A program made the position numbers and the translations under genes. This document shows positions 8,843-20,000 of a DNA stretch of 64,000 bases, piece after piece. Positions within the stretch are counted from its first letter, which is position 1; the number at the start of each line of letters is the position of its first letter. Source of the stretch: an uncultured Desulfobacter sp. (lineage in GTDB: Bacteria; Desulfobacterota; Desulfobacteria; Desulfobacterales; Desulfobacteraceae); the NCBI GenBank assembly GCA_963665095.1, contig OY762069.1, positions 768,001 to 832,000 of the forward strand, written 5' to 3'. The notes below the pieces were generated by a model. It was not told where the DNA came from. It worked only from the letters and a program-made list of their open reading frames with translations, and searched no databases.

Positions 8843-11106
8843 CAGGCAGATTTAATCGTAAAGTTCAGTTTTCCGTTTTTCAGGCCCACAGACAATTTTC
8901 CGCCTTTTTCCAGTTTTCCGAAAAGGATTTCATCCGTCAGCCTGTCCTTGATTTCGGTCTGGATTAGCCGTGCCAGGGGCCGTGCACCGAATTTAGGATC
9001 ATGGCCTTTCCTGGCCAGATGGGTTCTTGCGCTGGCTGAATAGCTTAAAGAGATGCCCTTGACAGAGAGCATGGTCTTAAGCTCCTTCATATTTTTGTCA
9101 ACAATCAGTTCCATCACCTTTTCAGACAGATGGTTAAACTGGACAATGCCGTCCAGACGGTTGCGGAATTCAGGGCTGAAGGTGTTTTTCACCGCTTTAA
9201 TGCTGCTGGAATCCATATTGGCATTCTGGGAACCGAACCCAATGGCATTGACGCTCATTTCTCTGGCTCCGGCATTGGAGGTCATGATGATAATTACGTT
9301 TCTAAAATCAGCAGATTTTCCGTTGTTGTCCGTAAGCGTGGCATAATCCATGACCTGAAGCAGGATATTGAAAAGATCCTGATGGGCCTTTTCAATTTCA
9401 TCCAGGAGAAGTACCGAATGGGGGTGTTTACGGATGCTGTCTGTCAGAATGCCGCCCTGGTCAAATCCCACATAGCCGGGAGGGGCACCAATAAGCCTGG
9501 ATACCGCATGCTTTTCCATGTATTCGCTCATATCAAACCGTAAAAATTCAATACCCATGTTGGAGGCCAGCTGTTTGGCGACTTCTGTCTTGCCAACGCC
9601 GGTGGGTCCCATGAAGAGAAATGAGCCAATGGGGCGTTCCGGGGCTGCCAGACCTGCCCGTGACCGTTTAATGGCCGTGGTCAGGGTGTGAATAGCATCA
9701 TCCTGTCCGAAAATTACATTAAGCAGTTTGCCGGGCAGCGCCTCCAGTGAATTTTTATCAACAGCATTCACATTGGAAACAGGTACTTTAGCAATTTTGG
9801 CGACAATCTTTTCAATATCTTTGGGGCTGACGGTTTTGCGCCGTCCCTCGCCTTTAAGTCTTAAAAATGCGCCTGCCTCATCAATGACATCAATGGCCTT
9901 GTCCGGCAGAAACCGGTCATTGATGTACTTGTCCGACAGGTAGGCGGCAGCCTCTATGGTTTTATCCGGGTACTTCAGGCCGTGATGCTCTTCGTAGCAG
10001 GACCGCAGGCCCTTTAAAATTTCACAGGTTTCCTCTACACTGGGTTCGGCAACCTCTATCTTTTCAAACCGCCGGGAAAAGGCCCGGTCTTTTTCAAAAT
10101 GATTTTTATACTCTTCATATGTGGTCGTGCCAATGCATTTGATGTCTCCGGAGGAGAGCGCCGGTTTCAGAATGTTGGAGGCATCCATGGAGCCGGATGT
10201 GGTGGCACCGGCGCCAACAACCGTATGAATTTCATCAATCACCAGAAGAGCATTTTCCTTTTCTTCGAGGGCCGTGATCACATCCTTGAGCCGCTGCTCA
10301 AAATCCCCTCTGTATTTGGTGCCCGCAAGCAGCGCCCCCATATCCAGTGAATAGAGCTCACAATTCTCCAGCAGATCCGGTACGGATTTTTCATTGATCT
10401 TCAATGCCAACCCTTCGGCAATGGCTGTTTTACCAACACCCGGATCGCCCACAAGAATAGGATTGTTTTTCCGTCTTCTGCAAAGCACCTGCATCACCCG
10501 GTCAGTTTCAAGTCCCCGGCCGATCAGGGGGTCAATTTTATTTTCCTGGGCCCGTTTAATCAGGTCAGCCGTAAAGGACTCAAGAGGATCTTTTTTCTTC
10601 TGACGTTTGGGTTTGGCCGGCTCATTCTGCCGGAAAAGCTGCTGGGGTTTATCCTCCTCTGCCAGCTCTTTTTTCTCTTTATCCGGATCATGGGAGATGT
10701 GACGCAGCACATCAAGACGGGTAATGCCTTCGGATTCAAGATAGAACGCGGCATGGGAATCCTTTTCCTGAAAAATGGATGCCAGGATATCCCCGAGATT
10801 GACTTCTGATTTTTCCGCAGACCTTGCATGGTTGATGGCCCGCTGAATCATGCGCTGGAATCCGATGGTCTGCTGAAGCACATACTCTTCAGCAGAGTCT
10901 ATTTTAGTCAGTTTTTCATCAAAGAACCGCTCAAGATCCTCTTTGATATGCTCAGGGCTTCCCCCGCATTTCTCAATGGTCTCAAGGCCGGATTCATGAT
11001 TTAGAATGGCGTAAAGGACATGTTCAACACACACATACTCATGTCTTCTCTTCTTTGCTTCCCGAACAGCAAAACCAAGCGCTGTACTGAGTTCTTTGCT
11101 TATCAT
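8842..11106 (-). CDS. clpA: ATP-dependent Clp protease ATP-binding subunit ClpA
   Basis: Two AAA+ modules ([16 protein letters not shown]), IGF ClpP-docking loop, no M-domain, adjacent to clpS. Confidence 0.96.
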   Translation of the reverse strand: MISKELSTALGFAVREAKKRRHEYVCVEHVLYAILNHESGLETIEKCGGSPEHIKEDLERFFDEKLTKIDSAEEYVLQQTIGFQRMIQRAINHARSAEKSEVNLGDILASIFQEKDSHAAFYLESEGITRLDVLRHISHDPDKEKKELAEEDKPQQLFRQNEPAKPKRQKKKDPLESFTADLIKRAQENKIDPLIGRGLETDRVMQVLCRRRKNNPILVGDPGVGKTAIAEGLALKINEKSVPDLLENCELYSLDMGALLAGTKYRGDFEQRLKDVITALEEKENALLVIDEIHTVVGAGATTSGSMDASNILKPALSSGDIKCIGTTTYEEYKNHFEKDRAFSRRFEKIEVAEPSVEETCEILKGLRSCYEEHHGLKYPDKTIEAAAYLSDKYINDRFLPDKAIDVIDEAGAFLRLKGEGRRKTVSPKDIEKIVAKIAKVPVSNVNAVDKNSLEALPGKLLNVIFGQDDAIHTLTTAIKRSRAGLAAPERPIGSFLFMGPTGVGKTEVAKQLASNMGIEFLRFDMSEYMEKHAVSRLIGAPPGYVGFDQGGILTDSIRKHPHSVLLLDEIEKAHQDLFNILLQVMDYATLTDNNGKSADFRNVIIIMTSNAGAREMSVNAIGFGSQNANMDSSSIKAVKNTFSPEFRNRLDGIVQFNHLSEKVMELIVDKNMKELKTMLSVKGISLSYSASARTHLARKGHDPKFGARPLARLIQTEIKDRLTDEILFGKLEKGGKLSVGLKNGKLNFTIKSA

Positions 11107-11115
11107 AAATCCTGT

Positions 11116-11424
11116 TTACTCCTTTTCCATTGTGCTTTTTAAGGGAAATCCTTTACGGCTGGCCAGGGCGTGTACGGTTTCGACTTTTGTTTCTGCAATT
11201 TCCCTGGGGTAAATGCCGCAGACTGCTTTTCCCTTATTATGTACATTAAGCATGATTTGAGTCGCTTTTTCAAGTGATTTTCCAAACACCCTGACCAGGA
11301 TATCCACCACAAATTCCATGGTTGTATAATCGTCGTTGTGCAGCAGCACCTTATACATAGGGGGATGGTCCTCGCGGGTGTCCCGTTTTACCTTAGGCCG
11401 AGTTTTGGAATCTGTGGATGTCAT
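11116..11424 (-). CDS. clpS: Clp protease adaptor ClpS
   Basis: [17 protein letters not shown] and EIAETKV motifs. Confidence 0.97.
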   Translation of the reverse strand: MTSTDSKTRPKVKRDTREDHPPMYKVLLHNDDYTTMEFVVDILVRVFGKSLEKATQIMLNVHNKGKAVCGIYPREIAETKVETVHALASRKGFPLKSTMEKE

Positions 11425-11456
11425 GTCCTAACCTTTTAACGGGGATGCCGGTATGC

Positions 11457-13979
11457 TTACTGGCCGCAGCATTTTTTATATTTTTTCCCGCTGCCGCAGG
11501 GGCATGGATCATTTCTTTGCACTTTCTGGGATGCTCTGCGTACCGGTTGTTTAGGGGTAGATTCATCCGAATGGGAAAAAGTCAGGTCCTGCTCCTCCTC
11601 TTTCTGCATCTCCTCCACCTGGTCCGGAGAAGCAATCTGTATTTTAAACAGGATGTCCACAACTTCCTGCTTAACCCGGTCCATCAGGCTCTGAAACATG
11701 TCAAAACCCTCTTTTTTGTAAATCCGTAAAGGATCCTGCTGGGCATATCCCCGAAGGCCGATGCCCTCCTTGAGATGGTCCATGTTCAAGAGGTGTTCCT
11801 TCCAGCGAGTGTCCACGGTTTGAAGAATGATAAAGCGCTCTACATGGCGCATGATTTCCGGCCCGTACTTTTGTTCCTTACCCTGGTAATGGGTCTGGGC
11901 TGTCTCAAAGATAAACTGGCTCAGCTGCTCTGTGGAATAATTATCCCGGACAGGCTCGTCCAAAGACATATTCATATTAAACTGACCTTTAATGGCCGCA
12001 TTTAATCCTTCAAGATCCCACTCTTTAAGTGGTGTCTTATCCTGGGCAAACATATCCACAATGTCGTAAGACCTATCTTCCATCATATCCAGGGCTGCCT
12101 GGCGAAGATCCGCAGATGTCAGGGCCTCACGACGCTGGCGGTATATAATCTCCCGCTGCTGGTTCATGACATCATCATACTCAAGCAGATGCTTTCTGAT
12201 TTCAAAGTTATGGCCTTCCACCTTAGACTGGGCGTTTTCAATGGCTTTGGAGATGAAGCGATGTTCAATATGCTCGCCTTCCTCGATCCCTAAACGGTCC
12301 ATGACCTTATGGATACGGTCCCCGCCAAAAATTCTAAGCAGGTCGTCCTCCAGACTCAGATAGAATCTGGAGCTGCCGGGATCTCCCTGGCGGCCGGACC
12401 TGCCCCGTAGCTGGTTGTCGATACGTCGCGATTCATGGCGGGATGTACCAAGAATATGCAGGCCTCCAAGCTCCTTGACGCCTTCGCCAAGTTTAATGTC
12501 CGTGCCACGGCCGGCCATGTTGGTTGATATGGTCACTGCCCCTTTCTGGCCGGCATTGGCCACGATTTCAGCCTCTTCCTTGTGGTGTTTGGCATTCAGC
12601 ACATTGTGCCTGATACCTCTTTTCTTAAGTTTTTCGCTCAAGGATTCGGACACATCAATGGAAATGGTACCCACCAGCACCGGCTGTCCCTTTTTATGCA
12701 GCTGAATGATCTCTTTAATGGCAGCTTCATATTTTTCTTTCTGGGTTTTATAGATCAGATCAGGGCGATCATCGCGGACCATGGGCTTGTGCGTGGGGAT
12801 AACCAGTACCTCAAGGTTGTATATTTTTTTAAACTCTTCGGCCTCAGTTTCTGCCGTGCCAGTCATGCCGGACAGCTTGTCATACATCCTGAAATAGTTC
12901 TGGAAGGTAATGGATGCCAATGTCTGGTTTTCATTTTCTATTTTAACCCCTTCCTTGGCTTCCAGTGCCTGGTGCAGTCCCTCGGAATAGCGCCTGCCAC
13001 TCATCAATCGTCCGGTGAATTCATCAACAATGACCACCTGACCGTTTTTTACAATGTAATCTGTATCCCGCTTGAACAGTACATGGGCTTTCAAGGCCTG
13101 GTTGAGATGGTGCAGAACTTCAATATTGGCCGGATCATAAAGGTTTTCCACACTGAGCAGATCCTCACCTTTGGCTATGCCCTCTTCAGTCAGTGAAACG
13201 GTTTTTGACTCCTCATCCAGGGTGTAATCGGTTTCTTTTTTAAATGCCGGGATAATAGTGTTGACCTGGGTATACAGGTAGGTGGATTTTTCGGCGGGGC
13301 CAGAGATGATCAACGGGGTTCTGGCCTCATCAATAAGAATGGAGTCCACCTCGTCCACAATGGCAAAATTCAGATGGCCCTGGGCAAGTTCTTCTGGGTT
13401 GAATTTCATATTGTCCCGAAGATAGTCAAATCCGAATTCATTGTTTGTGCCGTAAGTAATGTCTGACGAATAGGCATCTTTTCGTTCCTGGGAATCCATG
13501 TCATGCAGGATGACCCCGACGGTCAGGCCCAAAAAATTATACACTTCCGCCATCCATTCAGCATCACGTTTAGCCAGATAGTCGTTGACCGTGACAATAT
13601 GCACACCTTTGCCGGAGAGCGCGTTGAGGTACGCAGGCAGTGTGGACATCAGCGTCTTGCCCTCACCAGTCTTCATTTCAGCGATTGTGCCGCGGTGCAG
13701 GGCCACACCGCCAATAAGCTGAACGTCATAGTGTCGCAAACCAAGGGTTCGTACTGCCGCCTCCCTGACAAGGGCAAAGGCTTCGGGGAGAAGATCGTCC
13801 AGGGTCTCCCCCTTTGCAAAGCGCTCCCTGAATTCAATTGTTTTTCCAGTCATATCAGTATCGGATAAAGCCTGAACGCTTGGCTCGAGTTCGTTTATCC
13901 TGTCGATAACCGGTTGAATTTTTTTTAGTATTCTATCATTACTGGAACCAAAAAGTTTAGTAAGAGAATCAATGAACAT
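11457..13979 (-). CDS. secA: Preprotein translocase subunit SecA
   Basis: [23 protein letters not shown] and C-terminal [17 protein letters not shown]. Confidence 0.98.
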   Translation of the reverse strand: MFIDSLTKLFGSSNDRILKKIQPVIDRINELEPSVQALSDTDMTGKTIEFRERFAKGETLDDLLPEAFALVREAAVRTLGLRHYDVQLIGGVALHRGTIAEMKTGEGKTLMSTLPAYLNALSGKGVHIVTVNDYLAKRDAEWMAEVYNFLGLTVGVILHDMDSQERKDAYSSDITYGTNNEFGFDYLRDNMKFNPEELAQGHLNFAIVDEVDSILIDEARTPLIISGPAEKSTYLYTQVNTIIPAFKKETDYTLDEESKTVSLTEEGIAKGEDLLSVENLYDPANIEVLHHLNQALKAHVLFKRDTDYIVKNGQVVIVDEFTGRLMSGRRYSEGLHQALEAKEGVKIENENQTLASITFQNYFRMYDKLSGMTGTAETEAEEFKKIYNLEVLVIPTHKPMVRDDRPDLIYKTQKEKYEAAIKEIIQLHKKGQPVLVGTISIDVSESLSEKLKKRGIRHNVLNAKHHKEEAEIVANAGQKGAVTISTNMAGRGTDIKLGEGVKELGGLHILGTSRHESRRIDNQLRGRSGRQGDPGSSRFYLSLEDDLLRIFGGDRIHKVMDRLGIEEGEHIEHRFISKAIENAQSKVEGHNFEIRKHLLEYDDVMNQQREIIYRQRREALTSADLRQAALDMMEDRSYDIVDMFAQDKTPLKEWDLEGLNAAIKGQFNMNMSLDEPVRDNYSTEQLSQFIFETAQTHYQGKEQKYGPEIMRHVERFIILQTVDTRWKEHLLNMDHLKEGIGLRGYAQQDPLRIYKKEGFDMFQSLMDRVKQEVVDILFKIQIASPDQVEEMQKEEEQDLTFSHSDESTPKQPVRRASQKVQRNDPCPCGSGKKYKKCCGQ

Positions 13980-14115
13980 GTATGTATTACCCGTTAAATT
14001 AGAGGTTATTCAATTTTGTCAGTACAACATATAAGCATTATTCCAAGAAATAAAAGAAAAAATTAAATATTTAAGTACCGATTTATTGAATGGAAACAAA
14101 AGACGAGAGGGGTGG

Positions 14116-15054
14116 TCAGTTGAGGATATATTTTTTAGGATTGACCGGAGCGCCGTTAACAAGTACTTCGTAGTGCAGGTGGGGGCCGGTGCTTTTGCCG
14201 GTGTTGCCTAAGGTGGCGATGGCCTCGCCACGTTTGACCTGCTGCCCCTTGTTAACAAGGATATCCCTTAAATGGGCATATTTGGTAGTTTTACCATATC
14301 CGTGGTCAATAATAACCACATTGCCGTAATTGGTTTTTCTGCCGGTGAATATAATCTTTCCGTCGGCCGTGGTAACAATTTTGGTGCCTAAACGGTTGGA
14401 AATATCCAGGCCGGAATGAAAGGTTTTTTTGCCGGTAAACGGCGATCTGCGATAGCCAAAGGGTGATGTGATTATACCGTCCACAGGCTTGATGGACGGG
14501 GTAGCTGCCAGAAGATTTCTTTTTTTTTCCAGTTTACTAATCAGATCGTTGAAATTAAGCTTTTCTTTGTCAACAACTGACTGGATATCTTTAATCTGCT
14601 GGTGCATTTCTCTGATCAACGCATTATGTTTTGTTTCAAGCGGGATTTCCTGGTCCAGATCGGTTTCCGGCACCCCACCGATTCCTAAGAGCCCTGATGA
14701 TGTCCCTTTTTTGTCAATATCGGCGATGAGACGAACCTGGTCTTCCAGCTGTCCCAGACCTTTAATCTGGTCCTTAAGTGCTTCTATTTCACAGGCAAAT
14801 GCCTGGATCTGGCGCCGCTGGTCCTTAAGTTCATTTTTTTGCGTTTCAATGGTCTGTGAAAGTTCAGCGTTTTTAAATGCCGTCTGTTTAAGCAGGTAAT
14901 AATCATACCCCAGGCAAGAGAGTGCGCCAACGCACAGAAAGAAGAAAAGCATAGAAAAAAGTAAAAACGATTTTCTTAGGGAAATTTCCCGGATACTTGA
15001 ATTATCACCGGAGTGGAACCATATTTTAATTCGATTTTTCATCTTTAATCTCAT
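14116..15054 (-). CDS. M23 family metallopeptidase with TM and coiled coil
   Basis: HSGLD, YAHL and STGPHLHYEV motifs. Confidence 0.92.
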   Translation of the reverse strand: MRLKMKNRIKIWFHSGDNSSIREISLRKSFLLFSMLFFFLCVGALSCLGYDYYLLKQTAFKNAELSQTIETQKNELKDQRRQIQAFACEIEALKDQIKGLGQLEDQVRLIADIDKKGTSSGLLGIGGVPETDLDQEIPLETKHNALIREMHQQIKDIQSVVDKEKLNFNDLISKLEKKRNLLAATPSIKPVDGIITSPFGYRRSPFTGKKTFHSGLDISNRLGTKIVTTADGKIIFTGRKTNYGNVVIIDHGYGKTTKYAHLRDILVNKGQQVKRGEAIATLGNTGKSTGPHLHYEVLVNGAPVNPKKYILN

Positions 15055-15091
15055 ACAAGGAAATTTGTGGCTCTGTCAAGCGGTAATTCGC

Positions 15092-16129
15092 TTACAACGG
15101 GCTTTGCACCAGATCCAGCCCTGCTGTTTCGTCAATGGCGAACATGATATTCATGTTCTGGATTGCCTGGCCGGCAGCACCCTTAATCAGGTTGTCAATC
15201 GCCGACACCAGTATCAGTCTGCCGGATGCCGAATCCATATGCAGCCCGATGTCACAGCAGTTGGTATTTTTTACATGGGACATGGCAGGAAAGCTGCCTT
15301 CCGGCAGAATCCTTACAAAGGGTTCCTTGCCATAGACTGTCTCAAGGGCACCACGGATATCGGTTTTAGTGACATTGGGATTCACAGTGGCATAAATAGT
15401 GGAAACCATTCCCCGGGTTACAGGTACCAGGTGGGGCACAAAGGTCAGCGCTACCGGCTGCCCGGCTGCTTGGGTGAGCACTTCCTCAATTTCAGGGATG
15501 TGCCTGTGTGTGCCGACTTTATATGCAGTGAAAGATTCGTTTACCTCACAGAAATGGGTGGTCAAAGACAGAGATCTCCCTGCACCGCTGACTCCGGATT
15601 TGGAGTCTGAAATAATCCCGCTGGGTGAAATCAGATTGCTGCTGAGCAAGGGGACCAGAGGGAGAAGAATTGATGTGGGGTAACACCCTGGATTGCCGAC
15701 AATTCTTGCAGTTCTGACCCGCTCTCTGTTCAGTTCACACAGACCGTATACACTTTCTTTAAGCAGGTTCAGCGCTGTATGCGGCTGATAAGCCGCTTCA
15801 TAGGCTGTGGGATTTTCAAACCTGAAATCAGCGGACAGGTCAATGACTTTCACTCCCCGGTCAATCAAACCAGGAGCAAAGTCCATTGACACCTTATGGG
15901 GCAGCGCCAGAAATACCACGTCTACTTTGCTGGCCAGTTCGTCGGCATCAAACGATGTGCAGACCAGGGATTGAACCCCGCGCAGGGACGGAAAAACCTG
16001 GGTCAGGGATTTCCCTTTGTATGAGTTTGACGTGACCGCTTCAAGGCTCGCCCCTGGGTGATTGGAAATAAGTTTAACCAGTTCAAGACCAGTATATCCG
16101 GATGCACCAGCAATGGCTGTCCTAATCAT
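15092..16129 (-). CDS. argC: N-acetyl-gamma-glutamyl-phosphate reductase
   Basis: GASGYTG, NPGCYPT, SGVSGAG and DNLIKGAAGQA motifs. Confidence 0.97.
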   Translation of the reverse strand: MIRTAIAGASGYTGLELVKLISNHPGASLEAVTSNSYKGKSLTQVFPSLRGVQSLVCTSFDADELASKVDVVFLALPHKVSMDFAPGLIDRGVKVIDLSADFRFENPTAYEAAYQPHTALNLLKESVYGLCELNRERVRTARIVGNPGCYPTSILLPLVPLLSSNLISPSGIISDSKSGVSGAGRSLSLTTHFCEVNESFTAYKVGTHRHIPEIEEVLTQAAGQPVALTFVPHLVPVTRGMVSTIYATVNPNVTKTDIRGALETVYGKEPFVRILPEGSFPAMSHVKNTNCCDIGLHMDSASGRLILVSAIDNLIKGAAGQAIQNMNIMFAIDETAGLDLVQSPL

Positions 16130-16323
16130 CTTTTTATCTTTCCAAATTATCTTTCCAAAAAGGGTTAATACAAATCTGAGATTAGGATTTTAAAATAAAA
16201 ATGATTATTCTGCAAACCTTAATTTAATTTAGTGGATAAGTGCGATCATATTTGGGCATTTTATCAAAATTTTCTGTGGGCTAAACGGGGGTTGGAAGAA
16301 ACAGGCGGAATCCCGTTTTTTTA

Positions 16324-16776
16324 CTAAGAGAAGATTACCAGAGTATGGTCTTCTCCTTCAAAGGCGGTGTCAATAATTTTACTGATCACCTGCCAGTCCC
16401 CACCGGCAAGGCCTGCCCCAATTTTAGGATATCCAAAACGTCTGCCAGAAAAATCTTTTTTTAATGCAGTAAAGACGTTCCCAATAGCATCATAATCTGC
16501 AAGGATGCCGTTTCCACTGTAATGAAACTGGGTGTATGCATTAATGACATAAAGATGACCTGAATCTGTGTCTATACAAGCCTTTGAATAGCTGCCTAAT
16601 TTAAACCTGTCCCCGGATATCGTTGTCTGGTCTGCCTCAAATGCCGCAGGAAAGATTTGCTTGATCTGTTTTGCAATGCCGGCCCCCATTGTACAAAAGC
16701 AGTTGCAGCCATGGATTATCACATCAAACTGTCCGGCTTGTGACAGGGCTATCAAATCCCCCCTTACGCATTTCAT
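16324..16776 (-). CDS. Macro domain protein (ADP-ribose binding/hydrolase)
   Basis: GDL, HGCNCFCTMGAGIA and PKIGAGLAGGDW motifs. Confidence 0.88.
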   Translation of the reverse strand: MKCVRGDLIALSQAGQFDVIIHGCNCFCTMGAGIAKQIKQIFPAAFEADQTTISGDRFKLGSYSKACIDTDSGHLYVINAYTQFHYSGNGILADYDAIGNVFTALKKDFSGRRFGYPKIGAGLAGGDWQVISKIIDTAFEGEDHTLVIFS

Positions 16777-16806
16777 TGATTCTGCCTTTTATATGAAGCG
16801 GATGTA

Positions 16807-17580
16807 TTAAAACAAAATCTGGCTTAAGAACAGTTTAGTCCTCTCGTTTTGGGGATTGTTGAAGAACGCATCTGGTTCGTTCTCTTCAATAATTTCCCCT
16901 TGGTCCATGAAAAGAACTCTGTGAGCCACACTTTTTGCAAATCCCATCTCGTGGGTAACAACGATCATGGTCATGCCTTCCTGGGCCAGGCTGATCATAA
17001 CATCAAGCACCTCCTTGACCATTTCCGGGTCAAGGGCGGAGGTGGGTTCGTCAAAGAGCATGATGTTGGGCTTCATGCAAAGACTTCTGGCAATGGCCAC
17101 ACGCTGCTGCTGGCCGCCGGAAAGCTGACCTGGAAATTTTTGTGCCTGCTCTGCAATCTGCACTTTTTCCAGATAGTACATGGCGGTCTCTTCGGCTTCT
17201 TTTTTCGGGGTTTTCCGAACCCAGATCGGACCTAAGGTCAGGTTCTCCAGGATGGTCAAATGGGGAAACAGGTTGAAGTGCTGGAACACCATGCCCACTT
17301 CCGAACGGACCTTTTCAATGTTTTTCAGGTTTTTTGTCAACTCAATACCATCAACAATGATCTGCCCCTTCTGATGCTCTTCCAGGCGATTGATACACCT
17401 GATTAAGGTAGACTTTCCTGATCCGGAAGGACCGCACACAACAATGCGCTCTCTTTTTTTAACATCAAGGTGGATATTCTTTAAAACGTGGAAATCCCCA
17501 TACCATTTATGCATGTCAATGATCTGGATTACGGTCTCCCCGTTTACAATCTCGGCGTTGTTTGTTTGTGTCTGACTCAT
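16807..17580 (-). CDS. aapP: Polar amino-acid ABC transporter ATP-binding protein (AapP/BztD-like)
   Basis: [17 protein letters not shown] and DEPTSALD motifs. Confidence 0.93.
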   Translation of the reverse strand: MSQTQTNNAEIVNGETVIQIIDMHKWYGDFHVLKNIHLDVKKRERIVVCGPSGSGKSTLIRCINRLEEHQKGQIIVDGIELTKNLKNIEKVRSEVGMVFQHFNLFPHLTILENLTLGPIWVRKTPKKEAEETAMYYLEKVQIAEQAQKFPGQLSGGQQQRVAIARSLCMKPNIMLFDEPTSALDPEMVKEVLDVMISLAQEGMTMIVVTHEMGFAKSVAHRVLFMDQGEIIEENEPDAFFNNPQNERTKLFLSQILF

Positions 17581-17625
17581 AGGTCTTTGCTCAAAGTTAT
17601 TTGGGTTTTTGATAAGGTTTTTCAG

Positions 17626-18717
17626 TTACAGACTTGTATCCAGCTCCCGCTCCAGCCTCCGGCTGTAATTGGACATGAAAAAACAGCAGACAAAATAGAT
17701 AATTGCCAGAAAAATGTAGGCTTCTGAAGAAAATCCCATCCACTTGGGGTCGGACAGTGTGGACTGGGTGGTTTTCAGTATGTCGTACAGCCCGATGATG
17801 ACAACCAGTGACGTATCTTTGAAAGCGGAAATCAGGATACTCACCGACGGGGGGATCACGATTTTCAGAGCCTGGGGAAGGATGATCAGGCGCATGGTCT
17901 GGGGGTAGCTTAAGCCTAGGGCATCCGCCGCCTCAAACTGTCCTTTGTTCATTCCCTGAAGGCCCCCTCTGACGACTTCTGCAATGTATGCGGCTGTAAA
18001 CAAAATGATGGCTACCTGGGCCCGTAACACAGCGTTGATGGTCACACCTTCTGGAAGCAGCAGAGGAAACACCACCGAGGACATGAACAAAAGACTGATC
18101 AGAGGAACCCCCCGGATCAGCTCGATGTAAAAAATACAGAAAGTTCGGATGACAGGCATGCTGGACTGGCGGCCCAGGGCCAGAATCACCCCGAGAGGAT
18201 AGGCTGCGGTCAGGCCGAACACCGAGAGCAGCAGGGTCAGAATAATGCCCCCCCATTTTTCAATGTCCACCGGGACAAGACCGAATATGCCTCCTTTCAG
18301 CAACACCCCCATGATCACGATGGATACAAGCCAGGTATACCCGAGAGCCGGTCTCCACAGTTTCCTGTTGCGACTGATAACCAGAAGCGTTATCAAAAGG
18401 ACAATGGCAGTCACAGGCCGCCACAGAATGTCCTGGGGATAAAATCCAAACAAAATGATCTTATAATTGGCCGTGATGACTGACCAGCAGGCCCCGGAGG
18501 CCTGTCTGCAATTGGCATTGGGATCCCAGCAGCAGTCGATAAAGGCCCATTTGACAAAAGGAATAATGGAGTAACACAGCATGCCGATGATCAGAATCGT
18601 GAGCAGCGCACTTAACGGGGTACTGAACAGGTTCTCTTTGATCCATCCGATGACACCCACACTTGCCATGGGCGGTTTTACAACATCCTGCCCGTTTTCT
18701 TCTTTTAATTGTTCCAT
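17626..18717 (-). CDS. aapM: Amino-acid ABC transporter permease (AapM/BztC-like)
   Basis: YIELIRGVPL, AYIAEVVRGG and FKDTSLV motifs. Confidence 0.92.
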   Translation of the reverse strand: MEQLKEENGQDVVKPPMASVGVIGWIKENLFSTPLSALLTILIIGMLCYSIIPFVKWAFIDCCWDPNANCRQASGACWSVITANYKIILFGFYPQDILWRPVTAIVLLITLLVISRNRKLWRPALGYTWLVSIVIMGVLLKGGIFGLVPVDIEKWGGIILTLLLSVFGLTAAYPLGVILALGRQSSMPVIRTFCIFYIELIRGVPLISLLFMSSVVFPLLLPEGVTINAVLRAQVAIILFTAAYIAEVVRGGLQGMNKGQFEAADALGLSYPQTMRLIILPQALKIVIPPSVSILISAFKDTSLVVIIGLYDILKTTQSTLSDPKWMGFSSEAYIFLAIIYFVCCFFMSNYSRRLERELDTSL

Positions 18718-18732
18718 AGCCGGGACCCTTTA

Positions 18733-19914
18733 TTACCTTTCCACCAGGGCTGATTTTTTATTATACCAGTTCATGAATGCCGAAGTTGACAGGCTGAAAA
18801 TCAGGTAGACCAGCATAATCAGCAACACCCCTTCAATGGCCTGGCCCGTCTGATTGATCGTGGTGCCGGCAACGGATACAAAATCAGGAAAACCGATGGC
18901 CACAGCCAGTGAGCTGTTTTTGGTCAGGTTCAGCATCTGGCTTGTCAGCGGTGGAATAATCACCCGCAAGGCCTGGGGCAGTATAACCAGGTTCAGCACC
19001 CTGGAAGGTTTCAGTCCGATGGCAATGGCAGCTTCTGTCTGGCCTTTTGGCACAGCCTGTATGCCGGCCCGGACAACCTCGGCCACAAAGGCGGCTGTAT
19101 AAAGGACAAGTCCTAAAAGAAGGGCGGAAAATTCAGGGCTGACAGCAACCCCGCCTTTAAAGTTAAACCCTTTGAGTGCCGGCAGGTTCATCTGGGTGGG
19201 ATGTCCGCCCAAAAGCCAGCATAAAAAGGGCATTCCCACGATCAGCCCGGTTGACACCCATAACACAGGAAAGGGTTGTCCAGTTTTGTTCTGGCGGTCT
19301 GTGGCCCATCGCTTGATGAAAAAGATGATGATAACAGCAACCACCAGTGCTCCAAACATGTACTTGTATACGGGGTGGGCCGCAGGAATGCCGAAAATAA
19401 GGCCCCTGTTGCACAGAAACAACCCGTTGAACGGGCTGAGTGCCCCCCGGGGGGAGGGGAGAATTTCGTAGAAGAAGGCATACCAGAAAAAGAGCTGAAG
19501 AAGCACCGGGATGTCCTGGAGAAGCTCAATATATATGGCGGCAACCCTGCTGATCAGCCAGTTTTTAGATAGCCGTGCCACGCCGATAACCGTCCCGAGA
19601 AGCACAGAGAGGACAATGCCGATAAACGACACAAGCAGGGTGTTTAAAAAACCTACAGCAAGTGCCCTGATATATTTGTCAGCAGCCGAATATGGTATCA
19701 GGGACTCTCCGATTTCAAAAGCGGCTTCTTTTTCCAGAAAGCCAAACCCCGTGGCAATGGACTGCCTTTCAAGGTTGGCCATGGTGTTTGAAACCAGGTA
19801 CCATGATATCAGGGCAAACATCAGGGCTGCGGTGATCTGGTAAATTATCGCCCTTTTGTCGGGGTCGTTCCAGATGGATATGGAAGCAGGTGTATTGTTC
19901 TGATCGTCAGTCAT
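18733..19914 (-). CDS. aapQ: Amino-acid ABC transporter permease (AapQ/BztB-like)
   Basis: AFVAEVVRAGI and NLTKNSSLAVAIG motifs. Confidence 0.92.
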   Translation of the reverse strand: MTDDQNNTPASISIWNDPDKRAIIYQITAALMFALISWYLVSNTMANLERQSIATGFGFLEKEAAFEIGESLIPYSAADKYIRALAVGFLNTLLVSFIGIVLSVLLGTVIGVARLSKNWLISRVAAIYIELLQDIPVLLQLFFWYAFFYEILPSPRGALSPFNGLFLCNRGLIFGIPAAHPVYKYMFGALVVAVIIIFFIKRWATDRQNKTGQPFPVLWVSTGLIVGMPFLCWLLGGHPTQMNLPALKGFNFKGGVAVSPEFSALLLGLVLYTAAFVAEVVRAGIQAVPKGQTEAAIAIGLKPSRVLNLVILPQALRVIIPPLTSQMLNLTKNSSLAVAIGFPDFVSVAGTTINQTGQAIEGVLLIMLVYLIFSLSTSAFMNWYNKKSALVER

Positions 19915-19941
19915 TAAAGCATGTTACCCGTAAAAGTTTAG

Positions 19942-19984
19942 ATGGCCGCATGACCGCGCCAAATGGACGTGGCCATGCGGTTAT
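19942..19984 (-). promoter_or_regulatory. Intercistronic stem-loop after the substrate-binding protein gene
   Basis: ccgcatgaccgcgcca / tggacgtggccatgcgg imperfect stem; typical position for an mRNA-stabilising hairpin in ABC operons. Confidence 0.5.
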
Positions 19985-20000
19985 TTACTCAAAAGAATGT

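Noticed and set aside
7594..13979. secA-clpS-clpA-aat-fxsA cluster as a novel system
   Set aside because: The ClpS/ClpA/Aat N-degron gene grouping is well established
16324..16776. Macro domain gene as the antitoxin of a DarTG-type defence pair
   Set aside because: No ADP-ribosyltransferase toxin gene is adjacent; it simply trails the ABC operon
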